From the NCBI GenBank assembly GCA_045614025.1, contig JAZLCE010000014.1, positions 2,825-66,824 of the forward strand: a stretch of 64,000 nucleotides of DNA, read 5' to 3'. This DNA is from Alphaproteobacteria bacterium. GTDB lineage: Bacteria; Pseudomonadota; Alphaproteobacteria; CAAHEQ01; UBA3637. Made by a program: the position numbers and the translations under genes. Shown here in pieces: positions 43,981 to 56,100 of this stretch (position 1 is its first letter; each line of letters starts with the position of its first letter). A model generated the notes under the pieces. That model was not told the origin of the DNA. It searched no databases and worked only from the letters and a program-made list of their open reading frames with translations.

Positions 43981-45806
43981 GCGCCCCTTGGAAATATGAA
44001 AAAGATCGCATTTTTATTAAGCGATTATTAACATTAGCTGGCATTTTTTTTCTGTTAATTCTGGTTTTAATTTCCAGAGTTTTTTATCTTCAAATTTTGC
44101 AAGGGGATCGTTATCGTTTTTTAGCTGATAAAAACAGAACATCTATCAGGTTAACGCTTCCTTCACGGGGAAATATTTTTGATCGAAATGGCGTTAAAAT
44201 TGCTGAAAATAAAAAGAATTTTCAAGCCGTATTGATTAAAGAAGAAGCCTTAAATGTTCAACAATCCCTTGAAAATTTTGAAAAAATTATCCCTCTTGAT
44301 GAAGATGAAAAACAACGCATTCAAAAAGAAATTAAACGCAAACGCCCCTTTATGGCAATTAGAATTAAAGATGGTTTAAGCTTTAAAGAAGCAGCGGCCT
44401 TGCATTTAAATGCGCCTGATCTCATGGGAATTCAAATTGAAGAAGATTTGATCAGAGTTTATCCTTTAAAAGAAACAAATGCGCATTTGGTGGGATATGT
44501 TTCTTTGATGAATGATAAAGATTTGGAAGAAAATCCAGATAATCCACTGGCTGATTTACCTGGTTACCGTATTGGAAGAACAGGGCTTGAAAATTCGTTT
44601 GAAGAAGTGTTAAAAGGCATTCCTGGTATCAGAAAAAGAGAAGTGAATGCTTATGGGCGAACCGTTCAAATTTTGGAAGAAACGCCTTCTCAAAAAGGCG
44701 AAAGTTTAAACTTAACAATTGATAGCAGATTGCAAGAAGTGGCTTTATCAGCGCTTGGAAAGGAATCTGGCAGTGCCATTGTGATGGATGTGAACACAGG
44801 TGAAATTTTGGCAATGGTTTCAAGCCCAAGTTATGATACAAATATTTTCACCATGCCAGTTCCTGTGAAAGTATGGCGGTCTTTGATTGATAATGAAAAA
44901 CGCCCCCTTCAAAATAAAGCTTTAACGGGAACTTATTCTCCTGGCTCTATTTTTAAACTGGTGGTCGGTTTAGCAGCTCTTGAACATAAAATTATTCATC
45001 CAAATAAAAAAGTTTTTTGTGGTGGAAAGGTCACCATCGGGAATCATGATTTCCATTGTTGGAAACGTGGTGGACATGGCATGGTTGATTTAGAAGAAGC
45101 CTTAATGCATTCTTGTGACGTTTATTTTTATGAAATAGCGCAACAAATTGGGGTTGAAAAGATTATTAATATGGCCAAACGATTGGGATTTGGTTCCCCG
45201 GTTCAAATTGGGATCAAAGGTGAAAGAGAAGGGCTTGTTCCAACGCCGGAATGGAAGAAAAAAAGATTTAAAGATGATTGGCGCACCGGAGATACAGTTA
45301 ATTTAAGTATTGGCCAAGGGTTTTTAGGGGCAACGCCAATGCAATTGATTTATATGACAGCGCAAATTGCTAATGGAGGCAAAAAAATCAAACCTCATTT
45401 AATTCAAGGAGAAGGACTTGAGTCGGCTGAATCACTTGGCTTTAAAAAAGAAAATTTAAATTTGATTATACGCGGCATGAATAAGGTTGTGAACAATGAA
45501 AAGGGAACAGCTTATCGCTCTAGAATTAACGTAGATGGCGAAAAGATGGCTGGTAAAACAGCCAGCACCCAAGTGCGCCGTATTTCAAAAAAAGAGCGCG
45601 AAAAGGGCATCATTAAACAAGAAGACTTGCCATGGAAATATCGCGATCATGGGATGTTTGCAGCCTTTGCGCCCGTTCAAAATCCAAGGTTTGCCATTGT
45701 TGTGATGATCGAACATGGCGGTGGTGGTTCTTCAAGCGCGGCGCCTGTTGCTGCCAAAATTTTAAGTGAAACATTAAAACTTTATCCAAAAAAAATTAAA
45801 AGGTAA
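43977..45806 (+). CDS. mrdA: Penicillin-binding protein 2 (elongasome transpeptidase)
   Basis: 609 aa with an N-terminal TM segment, RGNIFDRNG, YSPGSIFK (SxxK), HSCD and AGKTAST. It overlaps mreD by 4 nt. Confidence 0.9.
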   Translation: MSAPWKYEKDRIFIKRLLTLAGIFFLLILVLISRVFYLQILQGDRYRFLADKNRTSIRLTLPSRGNIFDRNGVKIAENKKNFQAVLIKEEALNVQQSLENFEKIIPLDEDEKQRIQKEIKRKRPFMAIRIKDGLSFKEAAALHLNAPDLMGIQIEEDLIRVYPLKETNAHLVGYVSLMNDKDLEENPDNPLADLPGYRIGRTGLENSFEEVLKGIPGIRKREVNAYGRTVQILEETPSQKGESLNLTIDSRLQEVALSALGKESGSAIVMDVNTGEILAMVSSPSYDTNIFTMPVPVKVWRSLIDNEKRPLQNKALTGTYSPGSIFKLVVGLAALEHKIIHPNKKVFCGGKVTIGNHDFHCWKRGGHGMVDLEEALMHSCDVYFYEIAQQIGVEKIINMAKRLGFGSPVQIGIKGEREGLVPTPEWKKKRFKDDWRTGDTVNLSIGQGFLGATPMQLIYMTAQIANGGKKIKPHLIQGEGLESAESLGFKKENLNLIIRGMNKVVNNEKGTAYRSRINVDGEKMAGKTASTQVRRISKKEREKGIIKQEDLPWKYRDHGMFAAFAPVQNPRFAIVVMIEHGGGGSSSAAPVAAKILSETLKLYPKKIKR

Positions 45807-45811
45807 ATGCC

Positions 45812-46975
45812 ATGCCATTTTTTAAAGATAGAAACTGTTATCTGAAAAATTATAATCTTTCATTAGCTGATAAAATTAAGGGCTTTAATTATAAGCTTTT
45901 GTTTTTGATTTGTTTGGCGGTTTTTGTTGGTATTGGAACGCTTTATTCGGCAGCCAATGGACACTGGCATCCTTGGGCAGATAAACAATTTATGCGTTTT
46001 TTGCTCAGCTTAGGTGCGCTTGTTTTTGCCTCAATGATTAATTTAAGACTTTGGATGAAATATGCCTATTTGATTTATGGCGCTAGTTTTTGTCTTTTAA
46101 TTGGCGTGATGTTATTTGGTCATGTGGGGATGGGAGCTCAGCGGTGGCTGAATTTGGGTTTTATGAATCTTCAACCTTCTGAATTAATGAAAATCGCGCT
46201 TGTTTTGGCTTTGGCTCGTTATTTTCATGGCGTAACATTTGCTGAAATCAGATCTATCCGAGGCATTATCCCGCCTGTTTTAATGATGGGTTTGCCAGTG
46301 GCATTGATTTTGGAACAGCCCGATTTGGGAACTGGTTTAATGCTTGTTTTTTGCAGTGGTGCTATTTTCTTTTTGGTGGGTGTTCAAATTTGGAAATTTG
46401 CGCTTGTTGGGTTAGGGGCAGTGGTTAGTGTTCCTATTTTATGGACATTTTTACATGATTATCAAAAAAGACGGGTGTTAACGTTTTTAAACCCCGAAAA
46501 TGATCCATTGGGCAGTGGATATCATATTATGCAATCTAAAATCACTTTGGGTTCTGGCGGCTTATTTGGAAAAGGCTTTATTCAAAGCACGCAAAGCAGA
46601 TTAGAGTTTATTCCTGAAAAGCAAACGGATTTTATTTTCACATTGATTGCAGAAGAGTTTGGTTTTTTAGGAGCCTCTGCTTTGATTTTTCTCTTTTTCC
46701 TTATCATTTTATATTGTTTTTATATTGGGATGATTTCAAACAATTATTTTGGCAAAATTTTAGCAACGGGATTGGGAATTAATTTTGCGCTTTATGTGTT
46801 TATTAATATTGGTATGGTGACGGGTTTATTACCAGTTGTGGGCGTTCCTTTGCCATTGGTTTCTTATGGGGGAACAGCGATGCTTACGCTCTTTTTTGGC
46901 TTTGGGCTGGTTCAATCGGTTTATATTAATAAAGAAATGGTTATTGGGCGAAATGGTTCTATTGATGATGAATAG
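45812..46975 (+). CDS. rodA: SEDS-family peptidoglycan polymerase RodA
   Basis: 387 aa with about 10 TM helices. Motifs are LQPSELMKIALVLALARY, EKQTDFIF and LPLVSYGGTAML. It lies immediately after mrdA. Confidence 0.9.
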   Translation: MPFFKDRNCYLKNYNLSLADKIKGFNYKLLFLICLAVFVGIGTLYSAANGHWHPWADKQFMRFLLSLGALVFASMINLRLWMKYAYLIYGASFCLLIGVMLFGHVGMGAQRWLNLGFMNLQPSELMKIALVLALARYFHGVTFAEIRSIRGIIPPVLMMGLPVALILEQPDLGTGLMLVFCSGAIFFLVGVQIWKFALVGLGAVVSVPILWTFLHDYQKRRVLTFLNPENDPLGSGYHIMQSKITLGSGGLFGKGFIQSTQSRLEFIPEKQTDFIFTLIAEEFGFLGASALIFLFFLIILYCFYIGMISNNYFGKILATGLGINFALYVFINIGMVTGLLPVVGVPLPLVSYGGTAMLTLFFGFGLVQSVYINKEMVIGRNGSIDDE

Positions 46976-46984
46976 GGGGATAAA

Positions 46985-48766
46985 ATGAGCGAAGTGGATA
47001 GACTTTTAGATGAAGCTTTTTTATCTTATAATAATAAAGACTTAGATGAAGCAGAAGAATTAGCCAGATCTGTTTTAACTTTGATGCCCTCATCAGGAGA
47101 TGGTCTTTATTTATTGGGTTTAATTGCGGCTAAAAAAAATGCTTTTGAACCAGCTGAAAAGCTTTTATATCAAGCAGTTCAATTGTATCCAGAAAATAAG
47201 CAATATAAACTCAGTTTAGGTTTTGTTCTTGAAAAGCAAGGTCGGTTAGATGAAGCCCTTTCATTTTATGAACCTTTTAAAGAAGATGCTTATGTGTTGG
47301 CTCAAATTGGTTTTATTTACCTTCAAAAAGGGCTTTTAGATTTTGCCAAAAGTGCTTTTGATAAAGGACTCAGTTTGAATGAAGAGGTGTTAACGGCTTA
47401 TATCGGATTGGCTTTGATTTTTAGGCGCGAAGGCAATTTTAAGGAAGCCTTATCCATTTTAGAACAAGGGCTTTTAAAAGGCAAAAGTGCCGAGCTTTTA
47501 TATCAATTGGCACAAACTTGTCGATTATTAGAAAAGAATAAACAAGCGCTTTTATATATTCAAGAAGCCTTACAATTGGAACCAACTGCCGCCTTTTATA
47601 ATGAAGAAGGGTTGATTTATGAAGCCATGAAATATGATTCTTCTGCTTTTTTAAGTTATGAAGAAGCTATTCGCTTAAATTCTTATTGCGCGGATGCCTA
47701 TGCAAACATGGGGAACCTTTATTTTAAAGAAAATAAATTGATTAAAGCCGAAGATTCTTATAAGCGCGCTCTTGGTATTGATAGCTCTTTTTTAAATGCG
47801 CATCATAATTTGGCTTTGGTTCTTTATAAACAAGGGCGTTTGGGTGAAAGTTTAGAGCATTTTAGAAGTGCCATTTTAATTAATCCAAAACATATTTCTT
47901 CTCTTTATAATTTAGCTATGATTTTGGAAGAAATGGGGGAATATAGTGAAGCCGCAGGGCTTTATTTTAATCTTCTTGTTTTGGATAGCTCGTTGCCCGA
48001 TATTGATTTTCGCATTGCTCAAACGCTTTCATTCTTATCAAGCGTTGGCAAAAAAGAAAAGAAAGAAGCTTTAACCTTTGTTGAAGGCTGGGTGAAAAAT
48101 TTCCCAGAAAATGTTGTTGCCATTTATACTCAAAAAGCCTTAACGGGAAAAAAAGTTGATGAGGCGTTGGCAAAAAAATATAGCGAAGCTCTTTATGATT
48201 CTTTTGCCTCTTCTTATGATCAGGTGATGGAAAAATTGGATTCTAAATCTTTAGATGAAATGATATCTTGTTTACCAAAAAGAAAGTGGCAAAAGGTTTT
48301 GGATTTAGCTTGTGGCACAGGAACATTTGCTTTAAAATTTGATCAAGAATTTCAATCTTTAACAGGGGTTGATATTTCAAAGAATATGCTTCAAAAAGCA
48401 GAGGAAACTGAAAAATATAATCGCTTATGTCATCAAGATATTTTTGAATTTTTAACTGATGAGGAGTCTTTATATTCTTTAATTGTGGCTTCAGATGTGA
48501 TTCCTTATTTGCAACAATTAGACCATTTGTTTGAGTTGGTTTTTGCGCATCTTGAAGAAGACGGCGTTTTTATGTTTACCGTTGAAACAGATGATTCTTT
48601 AAGTCATGAAGAATTGCAAGTAACAGGCAGAATGGTCTATCCAACAAAACTTGTGAAAGAAATGCTTTTAAAAGCAGGCTTTAAAATTGAAATGCAAAAA
48701 GAATTCCCCCTTCGAAAAGAAGGAACTTCTTTTGCAAAAGGGGTTCTTTTTAGCGCTGTTAAATAA
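46985..48766 (+). CDS. TPR-repeat protein fused to class I SAM-dependent methyltransferase domain
   Basis: The N-terminal ~370 aa carry multiple TPR units (AYANMGNLYFKENKLIKAEDSYKRALGIDS and others). The C-terminus has VLDLACGTGTF (SAM motif I). Confidence 0.8.
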   Translation: MSEVDRLLDEAFLSYNNKDLDEAEELARSVLTLMPSSGDGLYLLGLIAAKKNAFEPAEKLLYQAVQLYPENKQYKLSLGFVLEKQGRLDEALSFYEPFKEDAYVLAQIGFIYLQKGLLDFAKSAFDKGLSLNEEVLTAYIGLALIFRREGNFKEALSILEQGLLKGKSAELLYQLAQTCRLLEKNKQALLYIQEALQLEPTAAFYNEEGLIYEAMKYDSSAFLSYEEAIRLNSYCADAYANMGNLYFKENKLIKAEDSYKRALGIDSSFLNAHHNLALVLYKQGRLGESLEHFRSAILINPKHISSLYNLAMILEEMGEYSEAAGLYFNLLVLDSSLPDIDFRIAQTLSFLSSVGKKEKKEALTFVEGWVKNFPENVVAIYTQKALTGKKVDEALAKKYSEALYDSFASSYDQVMEKLDSKSLDEMISCLPKRKWQKVLDLACGTGTFALKFDQEFQSLTGVDISKNMLQKAEETEKYNRLCHQDIFEFLTDEESLYSLIVASDVIPYLQQLDHLFELVFAHLEEDGVFMFTVETDDSLSHEELQVTGRMVYPTKLVKEMLLKAGFKIEMQKEFPLRKEGTSFAKGVLFSAVK

Positions 48767-48768
48767 AG

Positions 48769-50091
48769 TTAAAGGCTTTCCATCCAAGTTTTTAAAGCTT
48801 CTTTAGCTCTGGTTGTATAGGCCATTTTTCTATCTTGTCCTTTAAGGGCTTTTTTGCCTTCTGGAACGGGGACTTCTGGGAATAATCCAAAGTTAATATT
48901 CATAGGTTGGAATGTTTCTGTTTCTGCTTCTTTGGTGATATGGCAAAGCATGGCGCCCAAGGCTGTTTCTTGTGGGGGAAGAGGGCAATTTTCATTTGCC
49001 GTGAAAAGCCCCGCTAATAAGCCCATGGCTGCGCTTTCAATATATCCTTCGCAACCACTGATTTGCCCAGCTAATTTAATGTTTGGTTTTTCTTTTAACC
49101 CCAAACGTTCGTTTAAAACTTTTGGTCCGCAAACAAATGTGTTGCGGTGAATGCCACCTAATCTTGCAAAAACGGCATTTTTAAGGGCAGGGATTAAAGC
49201 AAATACTTCTTTTTGAGCGCCATACGTTAATTTTGTTTGAAACCCAACCAAATTCATTAAAGTGCCTTGTTTGTTTTCTTTTCTTAATTGCACAACGGCA
49301 AAAGGTCTTCTTCCATCTTCATGTGGATTTCTAAGCCCAACTGGTTTCATTGGGCCAAATAAAAGAGTTTGCCTGCCACGTTCAGCCATCACTTCAACTG
49401 GCAAGCATCCTTCGAAATAAGGTGTATTTTTTTCAAAGTCTTTAAATTCAACTTTTTCACCAGATAAAAGCCCATCAATAAAAGTATTATATTCTTCTTT
49501 AGAAAGGGCGCAATTTAAATAATCTGTTCCGTCACCTTTATCATATCTGGATTGATACCAAGCTTTTGTCATATCAACGCTATCGGTATAAACAATTGGG
49601 GCAATAGCATCAAAAAAGTGCAAGGAATCTGTTTTTGAAATATTCAATAAATCTTGAGCCATTTTATCCGAAGTGAGTGGACCAGTTGCAATGATGACTG
49701 GATCATCAGTTTGAGGCAAATCAGCTTCTTTTTCTTCAAAAGAAAATAAAGGATGGCTTTTAAGTTTTTCAGTGATATATGAAGCAAACTCCTCTCGGTT
49801 AACGGCCAAAGCAGCGCCTGCTGGCACTTTTGTTGCATCAGCAGCTTCCATAATCAAGGATCCCATTTGGCGCATTTCTTCATGCATCAAGCCAACAGCG
49901 TTAATTTCATGATCATCACTTCTTAAAGAATTTGAACAAACAAGCTCTCCAAATAAGTTTGTTTTATGGGCCGGCGTTGTTTTTGAAGGACGCATTTCAA
50001 TCATATGAACTGGGATTCCTCTTTTTAATAATTGCCAAGCTGCTTCTGATCCAGCTAAACCACCACCAATGATTAAAACTTTTTTGCTCAT
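48769..50091 (-). CDS. trmFO: Methylenetetrahydrofolate--tRNA-(uracil54-C5)-methyltransferase TrmFO
   Basis: [35 protein letters not shown] and [16 protein letters not shown]. Confidence 0.92.
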   Translation of the reverse strand: MSKKVLIIGGGLAGSEAAWQLLKRGIPVHMIEMRPSKTTPAHKTNLFGELVCSNSLRSDDHEINAVGLMHEEMRQMGSLIMEAADATKVPAGAALAVNREEFASYITEKLKSHPLFSFEEKEADLPQTDDPVIIATGPLTSDKMAQDLLNISKTDSLHFFDAIAPIVYTDSVDMTKAWYQSRYDKGDGTDYLNCALSKEEYNTFIDGLLSGEKVEFKDFEKNTPYFEGCLPVEVMAERGRQTLLFGPMKPVGLRNPHEDGRRPFAVVQLRKENKQGTLMNLVGFQTKLTYGAQKEVFALIPALKNAVFARLGGIHRNTFVCGPKVLNERLGLKEKPNIKLAGQISGCEGYIESAAMGLLAGLFTANENCPLPPQETALGAMLCHITKEAETETFQPMNINFGLFPEVPVPEGKKALKGQDRKMAYTTRAKEALKTWMESL

Positions 50092-50165
50092 TTTTTGTTT
50101 CCTTTTTTTATCTTTTATGGTATCTTATTTAAAATAAATGAATTGGTGATACTTATAGCATAAAA

Positions 50166-50855
50166 ATGATGAAAAAGAAACTTTTTTATCTTGTTGGTCT
50201 TTGTTTTTTCATTTTAGGGATGCCTGAAAATGGGTATGCTCGTTTTTTAAGTGAAGATATTGTGGCTAAGATGAATGAAATTAAAGAATATAATAAACTG
50301 CAAGAGAAAAATAAAAAATATATTCAGACTCATGCGGAAGAACCACTTCAATTAGAAGAGGTAAAAGATGATAAATATTGGGACTTGGCGTTTCATGCAA
50401 AGTTTGCAGATTATGGAGATAAAGAAAGCCAATATATTATTGCAAAAGCTTATGAAGAGGGCACATACACGGGCGTTAATTTAAAAAAGGCTATGGCTTT
50501 TTATAAAAAGGCTGCTGAAAATGGGCATTTAGATGCCGCCATGAAATTAGGGCGCGTTTATTTGGAAGAAAAATGGGTTCAAAAAGATGAAGAAAAAGCG
50601 CTTTATTATTATTTAAAAGGGGCTCAACAAGAATATGCGCCAGCTCAAATGAAAGTGGCCGAATTATATGAAAAAAATGGGGAATATGAAAAAGCTTATC
50701 ACTATATGGAATTAGCCTTAAAACAATTGTTCCCAAATGAAAAAAATTTAATCTCACGGTCGCCAGATTTGGAACGACTTTCAAATAAAATAAAAGAATC
50801 TCAAGTTATTGAAATAGATGAGTCTTATGACTTTAATGATAATAAGGTGTTTTAA
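50166..50855 (+). CDS. Secreted Sel1-repeat (SLR) protein
   Basis: 229 aa with a signal peptide. SLR units include GDKESQYIIAKAYEEG...KAMAFYKKAAENGHLDAAMKLGRVY...KALYYYLKGAQQEYAPAQMKVAELY. Confidence 0.8.
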   Translation: MMKKKLFYLVGLCFFILGMPENGYARFLSEDIVAKMNEIKEYNKLQEKNKKYIQTHAEEPLQLEEVKDDKYWDLAFHAKFADYGDKESQYIIAKAYEEGTYTGVNLKKAMAFYKKAAENGHLDAAMKLGRVYLEEKWVQKDEEKALYYYLKGAQQEYAPAQMKVAELYEKNGEYEKAYHYMELALKQLFPNEKNLISRSPDLERLSNKIKESQVIEIDESYDFNDNKVF

Positions 50856-50858
50856 AAC

Positions 50859-51800
50859 ATGAAAAAACCACTCATTTACTCAGCCCCCATGGCAGGGATC
50901 ACAGATAAACCCTTTCGTCTTATCTTAAGAAAGTTTACCAATCAACCGATTTATACCGAGATGATTGGAATTGCAACGCTTTTTTTTAATCATCCGCAAA
51001 CAAGAAAAATGCTTCGCATTTCAGATGAAAAAGATTTAATTGTTCAATTGGTTGGGATTGAAGAAAAATATATGGTTTCTGCAGCAAAAGAAGCTGTTTT
51101 TTATGGCGCCAAAGGAATTGATATTAACATGGGATGCCCCGTTAAAAAATTAATCACAAATGGTTCTGGCGCTTCCTTAATGAAGGATAAAGAAACGGCT
51201 TGTCGTTTGGTTGAAGCGGTTAAAAAAGCAGTTAATGTTCCCGTTTCAGTGAAAACAAGGCTCGGTTGGGATGTAAATAATATTAATGTGGTTGATTTTG
51301 CGTTGGCGCTTGAATCTGCAGGGGCAGATCGAGTAACCATTCATGGGCGCACGAAAGAACAAGGGTATAGTGGTGAAGTTAATTATGATTTAATTAAACA
51401 AGTGAAGGAAAAGCTTCAAATCAAAGTGATTGCCAATGGTAATATTGTTGATAAAGAATCCGCTTTAAGTGTTTTAAATCAAACAAAGGCTGATGGCTTA
51501 ATGGTTGGCAGGGGGTTGCTTGGTAAACCTTGGATGATTAATGAAATGGATGAAACGTCATTTGATTCTTTTTTGCTTTCAGATCTTGTTTTAGAACATT
51601 TAGATTTAATGCTTTCTTATTATGGGTTGCATGGGTTAATGGTGGCAAGAAAACACCTTGCATGGTATGCCACGGGATTTGAAGGAAAGGCAGACTTTTG
51701 TAATCAAGTTTATGCAGAAAAAGAGATTGACAAAGTTCAAAAAATTATTAAAGATTTCTTTAATAAAAGAATCAGTTATCAAAAAAAGGAGACGATATGA
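50859..51800 (+). CDS. tRNA-dihydrouridine synthase (DusB/NifR3-like)
   Basis: APMAGITDKPFRLI, GIDINMGCPVKK, VSVKTRLGW and TIHGRT. Confidence 0.88.
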   Translation: MKKPLIYSAPMAGITDKPFRLILRKFTNQPIYTEMIGIATLFFNHPQTRKMLRISDEKDLIVQLVGIEEKYMVSAAKEAVFYGAKGIDINMGCPVKKLITNGSGASLMKDKETACRLVEAVKKAVNVPVSVKTRLGWDVNNINVVDFALALESAGADRVTIHGRTKEQGYSGEVNYDLIKQVKEKLQIKVIANGNIVDKESALSVLNQTKADGLMVGRGLLGKPWMINEMDETSFDSFLLSDLVLEHLDLMLSYYGLHGLMVARKHLAWYATGFEGKADFCNQVYAEKEIDKVQKIIKDFFNKRISYQKKETI

Positions 51801-53164
51801 GAATCATTATAGCTGGTGCTGGGCAAGTAGGCGTTGGATTGGCAAAATATTTAAGAGCCGAAAATCATGATATTGTGTTGATTGATAATAATATTGATCA
51901 TTTAGGGAATTTAAGTGAACAGTTAGATATTCAAACCATTGAAGGGTCTTCTGCGCTTCCTTCTGTTCTTGAAAAAGCAGGGGCAACTCAAGCTGATATT
52001 TTTTTAGCGGTTACAGGAAATGATGAAACAAATATCGTTGCATGTGGCGTGGCAGATAAGGTGTTTCGCATTCCTCAGCGCATTGTTCGGATTTCATCTC
52101 ATGAATATTTAGGGCAAAAATATAAAGAATATTTGATGAGCCAAAATTTAGATGTTGTGTTATCTCCAGAAGTGGAAACAGCCCGTCATGTGCTTGATAA
52201 TTTAACGGTTGCTTCAGGTGTGAATCTTTATAATTTAGCAGATGGGTGTGCCAAAGTTATTGGGTTAAGATGCAAAAAAACATCACCTATGTTTTCAAAA
52301 ACAATTCCAGAAGTTGAAGAGTTATTAAAAGATGTGCGCGCAAAAGTGATTGCCGTTAAAAGAAGACATCGCCTTGTTTCGCTTGAAAAAGCGTTGGTTC
52401 GGGCGCAAGATGATGTTTATTTTGTTGTTGCAGGAAGTGATTTTTCCCAATTTTTAGATATTTTGTCTTATCAAAAAATTGATCCAGATTGTGTGATGAT
52501 TTTTGGTGGTGGTAAAGTTGGGTATCAGTTGGCCAAGCAAATGGAAACAGCTTCTTTTTGCAAGAATATCACTATTGTTGAAAAAGAAGAGACAAGAGCG
52601 CGTTATTTGGCAGAACGGCTTAATTCAACTGTTGTAATTCATGGAGATGGGTTAGATGATACATTAATTGAAGATTTGAATCTTAAAAATTATCAAATTG
52701 CTATTGCCACCACGCAATCAGATGAAAGCAATGTGTTACTTTCAATGGTTTCAAAGCGCAATAACATGGATAAAACATGCGCTTTAATTCATAATCAGCT
52801 TTATAATGATCTTTTGTTTGAAATGGGTATTGATGTTTCAATTGATCCGAATGCTGTTTTGGTTTCATCAATTTTGCAACATATCAGAAAAGGCAAAGTG
52901 AAAGGCGATTATTTTATTAGCTCTGAATTGGGCGAAATTTTGGAAGTTGAAGCGCTTGAAACGGCTAAGATAACGCATAAACCAATTGGTAAGCTTAAAG
53001 TGCCAACAGGCGTGATGATTGCAGGTGTTGTTCGAAATGGGATTTTTATGTTACCTAAAGAAGACCTTCAAATTCAAAATAATGATCGCGTTATTTTGTT
53101 TGTTGAACGTGGGCATGTTAAAGATGCCGAGAGTTTATTCACGGTTGGATTTAGCTTTTTTTAA
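51797..53164 (+). CDS. trkA: Trk potassium uptake system NAD-binding protein TrkA
   Basis: 455 aa with two RCK_N/RCK_C modules (MRIIIAGAGQVGVGLAKYL and VMIFGGGKVGYQLAKQM). Confidence 0.88.
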   Translation: MRIIIAGAGQVGVGLAKYLRAENHDIVLIDNNIDHLGNLSEQLDIQTIEGSSALPSVLEKAGATQADIFLAVTGNDETNIVACGVADKVFRIPQRIVRISSHEYLGQKYKEYLMSQNLDVVLSPEVETARHVLDNLTVASGVNLYNLADGCAKVIGLRCKKTSPMFSKTIPEVEELLKDVRAKVIAVKRRHRLVSLEKALVRAQDDVYFVVAGSDFSQFLDILSYQKIDPDCVMIFGGGKVGYQLAKQMETASFCKNITIVEKEETRARYLAERLNSTVVIHGDGLDDTLIEDLNLKNYQIAIATTQSDESNVLLSMVSKRNNMDKTCALIHNQLYNDLLFEMGIDVSIDPNAVLVSSILQHIRKGKVKGDYFISSELGEILEVEALETAKITHKPIGKLKVPTGVMIAGVVRNGIFMLPKEDLQIQNNDRVILFVERGHVKDAESLFTVGFSFF

Positions 53165-53177
53165 TAAAGGGTTTTAA

Positions 53178-56100
53178 ATGAAAAAAGAGTTGTGTGGCAT
53201 TCAAGAAGGATATCAGCCATTTGTGATTCAAAAGCTTGTGAAAAAACATAAGCTTCATTGTCATGTGGCTTCAAATGAAGTTCAGCTCTTTTTTTTAAAA
53301 GAAGTTTTAGAACGTGTTTCTCCTGAAATAAAAGTGTTCACTTTTTTGGAATGGGATACTGTTCCTTATGACCGTGTTTCGCCTAAAAGTGATATTGAAG
53401 GGCAACGCATTGAAACGCTTTGTCAGTTAGCAGATGATAAGTTAAATGAAAAAACTCTTATTTTAACAACGCCTGCAGCCATTTTGCAAAAAGTTCCCCC
53501 CGTTTCTTATTTTAAGGGTGCTATTTTTAACCTTCAAAAAGGAGATATTGTTTCATTTGAAAAATTAAAATCCTTTTTGGTTAAGAATGGTTATAAGCTG
53601 GTAAACACGGTTGTTAATCAAGGAGAATATGCCTTAAGAGGGGGCTTAATTGATATTTATCCAGCAGGAAGGGATCATCCTGTTCGGCTTGATTTTTTTG
53701 ATGATGAATTAGAGGAGATTAAATCTTTTGATGAATTAACGCAAAGAACCTTGCAACCGTTTGTCTCAGTTTCTTTAAAACCAATGGCTGAATTTGATTT
53801 GGAAGAAGAAAGCATTAAACGGTTTCGAACAAGGTATCGCTCTTTGTTTTTTAATGTATCGCAAGATTATATCTATGAAGCTGTTTCAAATAAAATATTT
53901 ACGGCTGGCTTAGAGCATTTTTTGCCGTTGTTTCATGAAGAACTGGTTCCTTTTTTTGATTATTTAAAAGAAATGAGTGTTTCTTTTGATTTTCAAACAT
54001 TAAGATCTTTTGAAGCAAAAGAAGAGCAAATTCATGAATATTATGAAGCAAGAAAAGAAGGGGCTGATACAACTTATTTAGAAGAAGTTCAAAAATATAA
54101 TCCCGTTCCAGTTCAAGAAATGTTTTTATCTGTTCAAGAAGTTTTAACGCTTCTTGAAACAAGGCTGTTTTACACGTTTTCTCCTTTTAAAGAACCTGAT
54201 AAAGAAGATATGTGTTCGGTAAAAGGCAAAAGCTTTGTTGAAACGCGTCTTCAAAATCCAAATGATGTTTTTAAAGAAGTTGCCTCTTATATTCAAAATA
54301 GTTCAAAAAAAGTGATTGTAACGGCGGGTTCATTTGGGGCAGGGGAACGCTTAAAAGGTTTACTTCGCGAAGAAGGAATTGATCTTTTTTCAGCTGAAAC
54401 CTTTAATGAAGCGCTTAAAAAAGCGCCCTCTCTTTTAGTTGCCCCCTTTGAAACGGGCTTTGAAACAAAAGATTTTGTTTTAATCACGGAAACAGATATC
54501 TTGGGCGAACGGATTATCAGAAAACCCAAAAAAAACAAATCTGTTAATTTTATTTCGGATATCAGCGCATTAAATATTGATGATTTGGTTGTTCATCAAA
54601 CGCATGGGGTTGGCAAGTTTTTAGGGCTTGTTCCTTTAAAAATTGGAGAAGCGGTTCATGATTGCCTTGAAATTTTATATGAAGGTGGCGATAAGCTTTT
54701 TATCCCGGTTGAAAATTTAGATGTTCTTTCTAAATTTGGTTCGCAAAATACGGCATTGGATCATTTGGGGTCTCAAAGTTTTGTTGCCAAGAAAAATAAG
54801 GTTAAAAAAGATTTGTTTGCCATGGCTGAAAAGCTTATTCAAACCGCTTCTTTAAGAGAGTTAAATCAACAAGAGCGCATTTTGGCTCCTCATGGGGTTT
54901 ATCAAGAATTTTGCGCCAGATTCCCTTATGTTGAAACAGATGACCAATTAAAAACCATTCAAGAAATTGAAGAAGATTTATCTCTTGGCAAACCAATGGA
55001 TCGTTTGGTTTGTGGGGATGTTGGATTTGGTAAAACAGAAATTGCTTTAAGAACGGCTTTTTTATGCGCTTATGCGGGGCAACAAGTGGCTCTTGTTGTG
55101 CCGACAACATTGTTAGCCATGCAACATGCGGCCACATTTGAAAAGCGGTTTAAAGGATTTCCTATTCGTATAGCGGCTTTATCTCGCTTGGTTTCTCATC
55201 AAAAAGCAAAGTTAATTCATAAAGAAATTGAAAAGGGAACCATTGATATTGTGATCGGAACGCATGCTGTTTTATCCAAACAGATTAAGTTTAAAAATTT
55301 GGGTCTTGTAATTGTGGATGAAGAGCAACATTTTGGGGTGACGCATAAGGAGCGATTAAAAGAGCTTCAAAAAGGTGTTCATGTGTTAACATTAACGGCA
55401 ACCCCCATTCCAAGAACATTGCAACTTTCTTTATCCGGGGTTCGATCGCTTTCTGTTATTGCAACGCCACCAGTTGATCGTTTAGCGGTTAAAACATTTG
55501 TGATGCCCTTTGATGCGGTTATCATTAAAGAAGCCATTTTAAGAGAATATTATCGAGGTGGACAAATCTTTTATGTTTGCCCGCGTATTTCTGATATGGA
55601 TGAAATTGAAGAAATGCTTCAAAAGCTGCTCCCTCAGATGAAAGTGGTTAAAGCGCATGGCCAAATGCCTGCTAAAGAGCTTGAAAAAATTATGTCTGAT
55701 TTTAGTCAACATAAATATGATATTTTATTGGCAACCAGCATTGTTGAATCCGGGTTAGATATGCCGTTGGTGAACACGATTATTATCCATAAAGCAGATA
55801 TGTTTGGCTTATCCGCTTTATATCAAATGCGGGGGCGCGTTGGCCGTGGAAAATTAAGGGCCTATGCTTATTTAATCACTCCACCATTTAAAAAATTATC
55901 TGCAACAGCTGAAAAAAGATTAACGGTAATGCAAAACTTGGATTCCTTAGGGGCAGGGTTCACTTTAGCAAGCCATGATTTGGATATCAGAGGGGCAGGT
56001 AATTTGTTAGGGGATGAACAATCTGGCCATATCAAAGAAGTTGGGATTGCGCTTTATCAAAAAATGCTTCAAGATGCCATTCGTTCATTAAAATCAGATA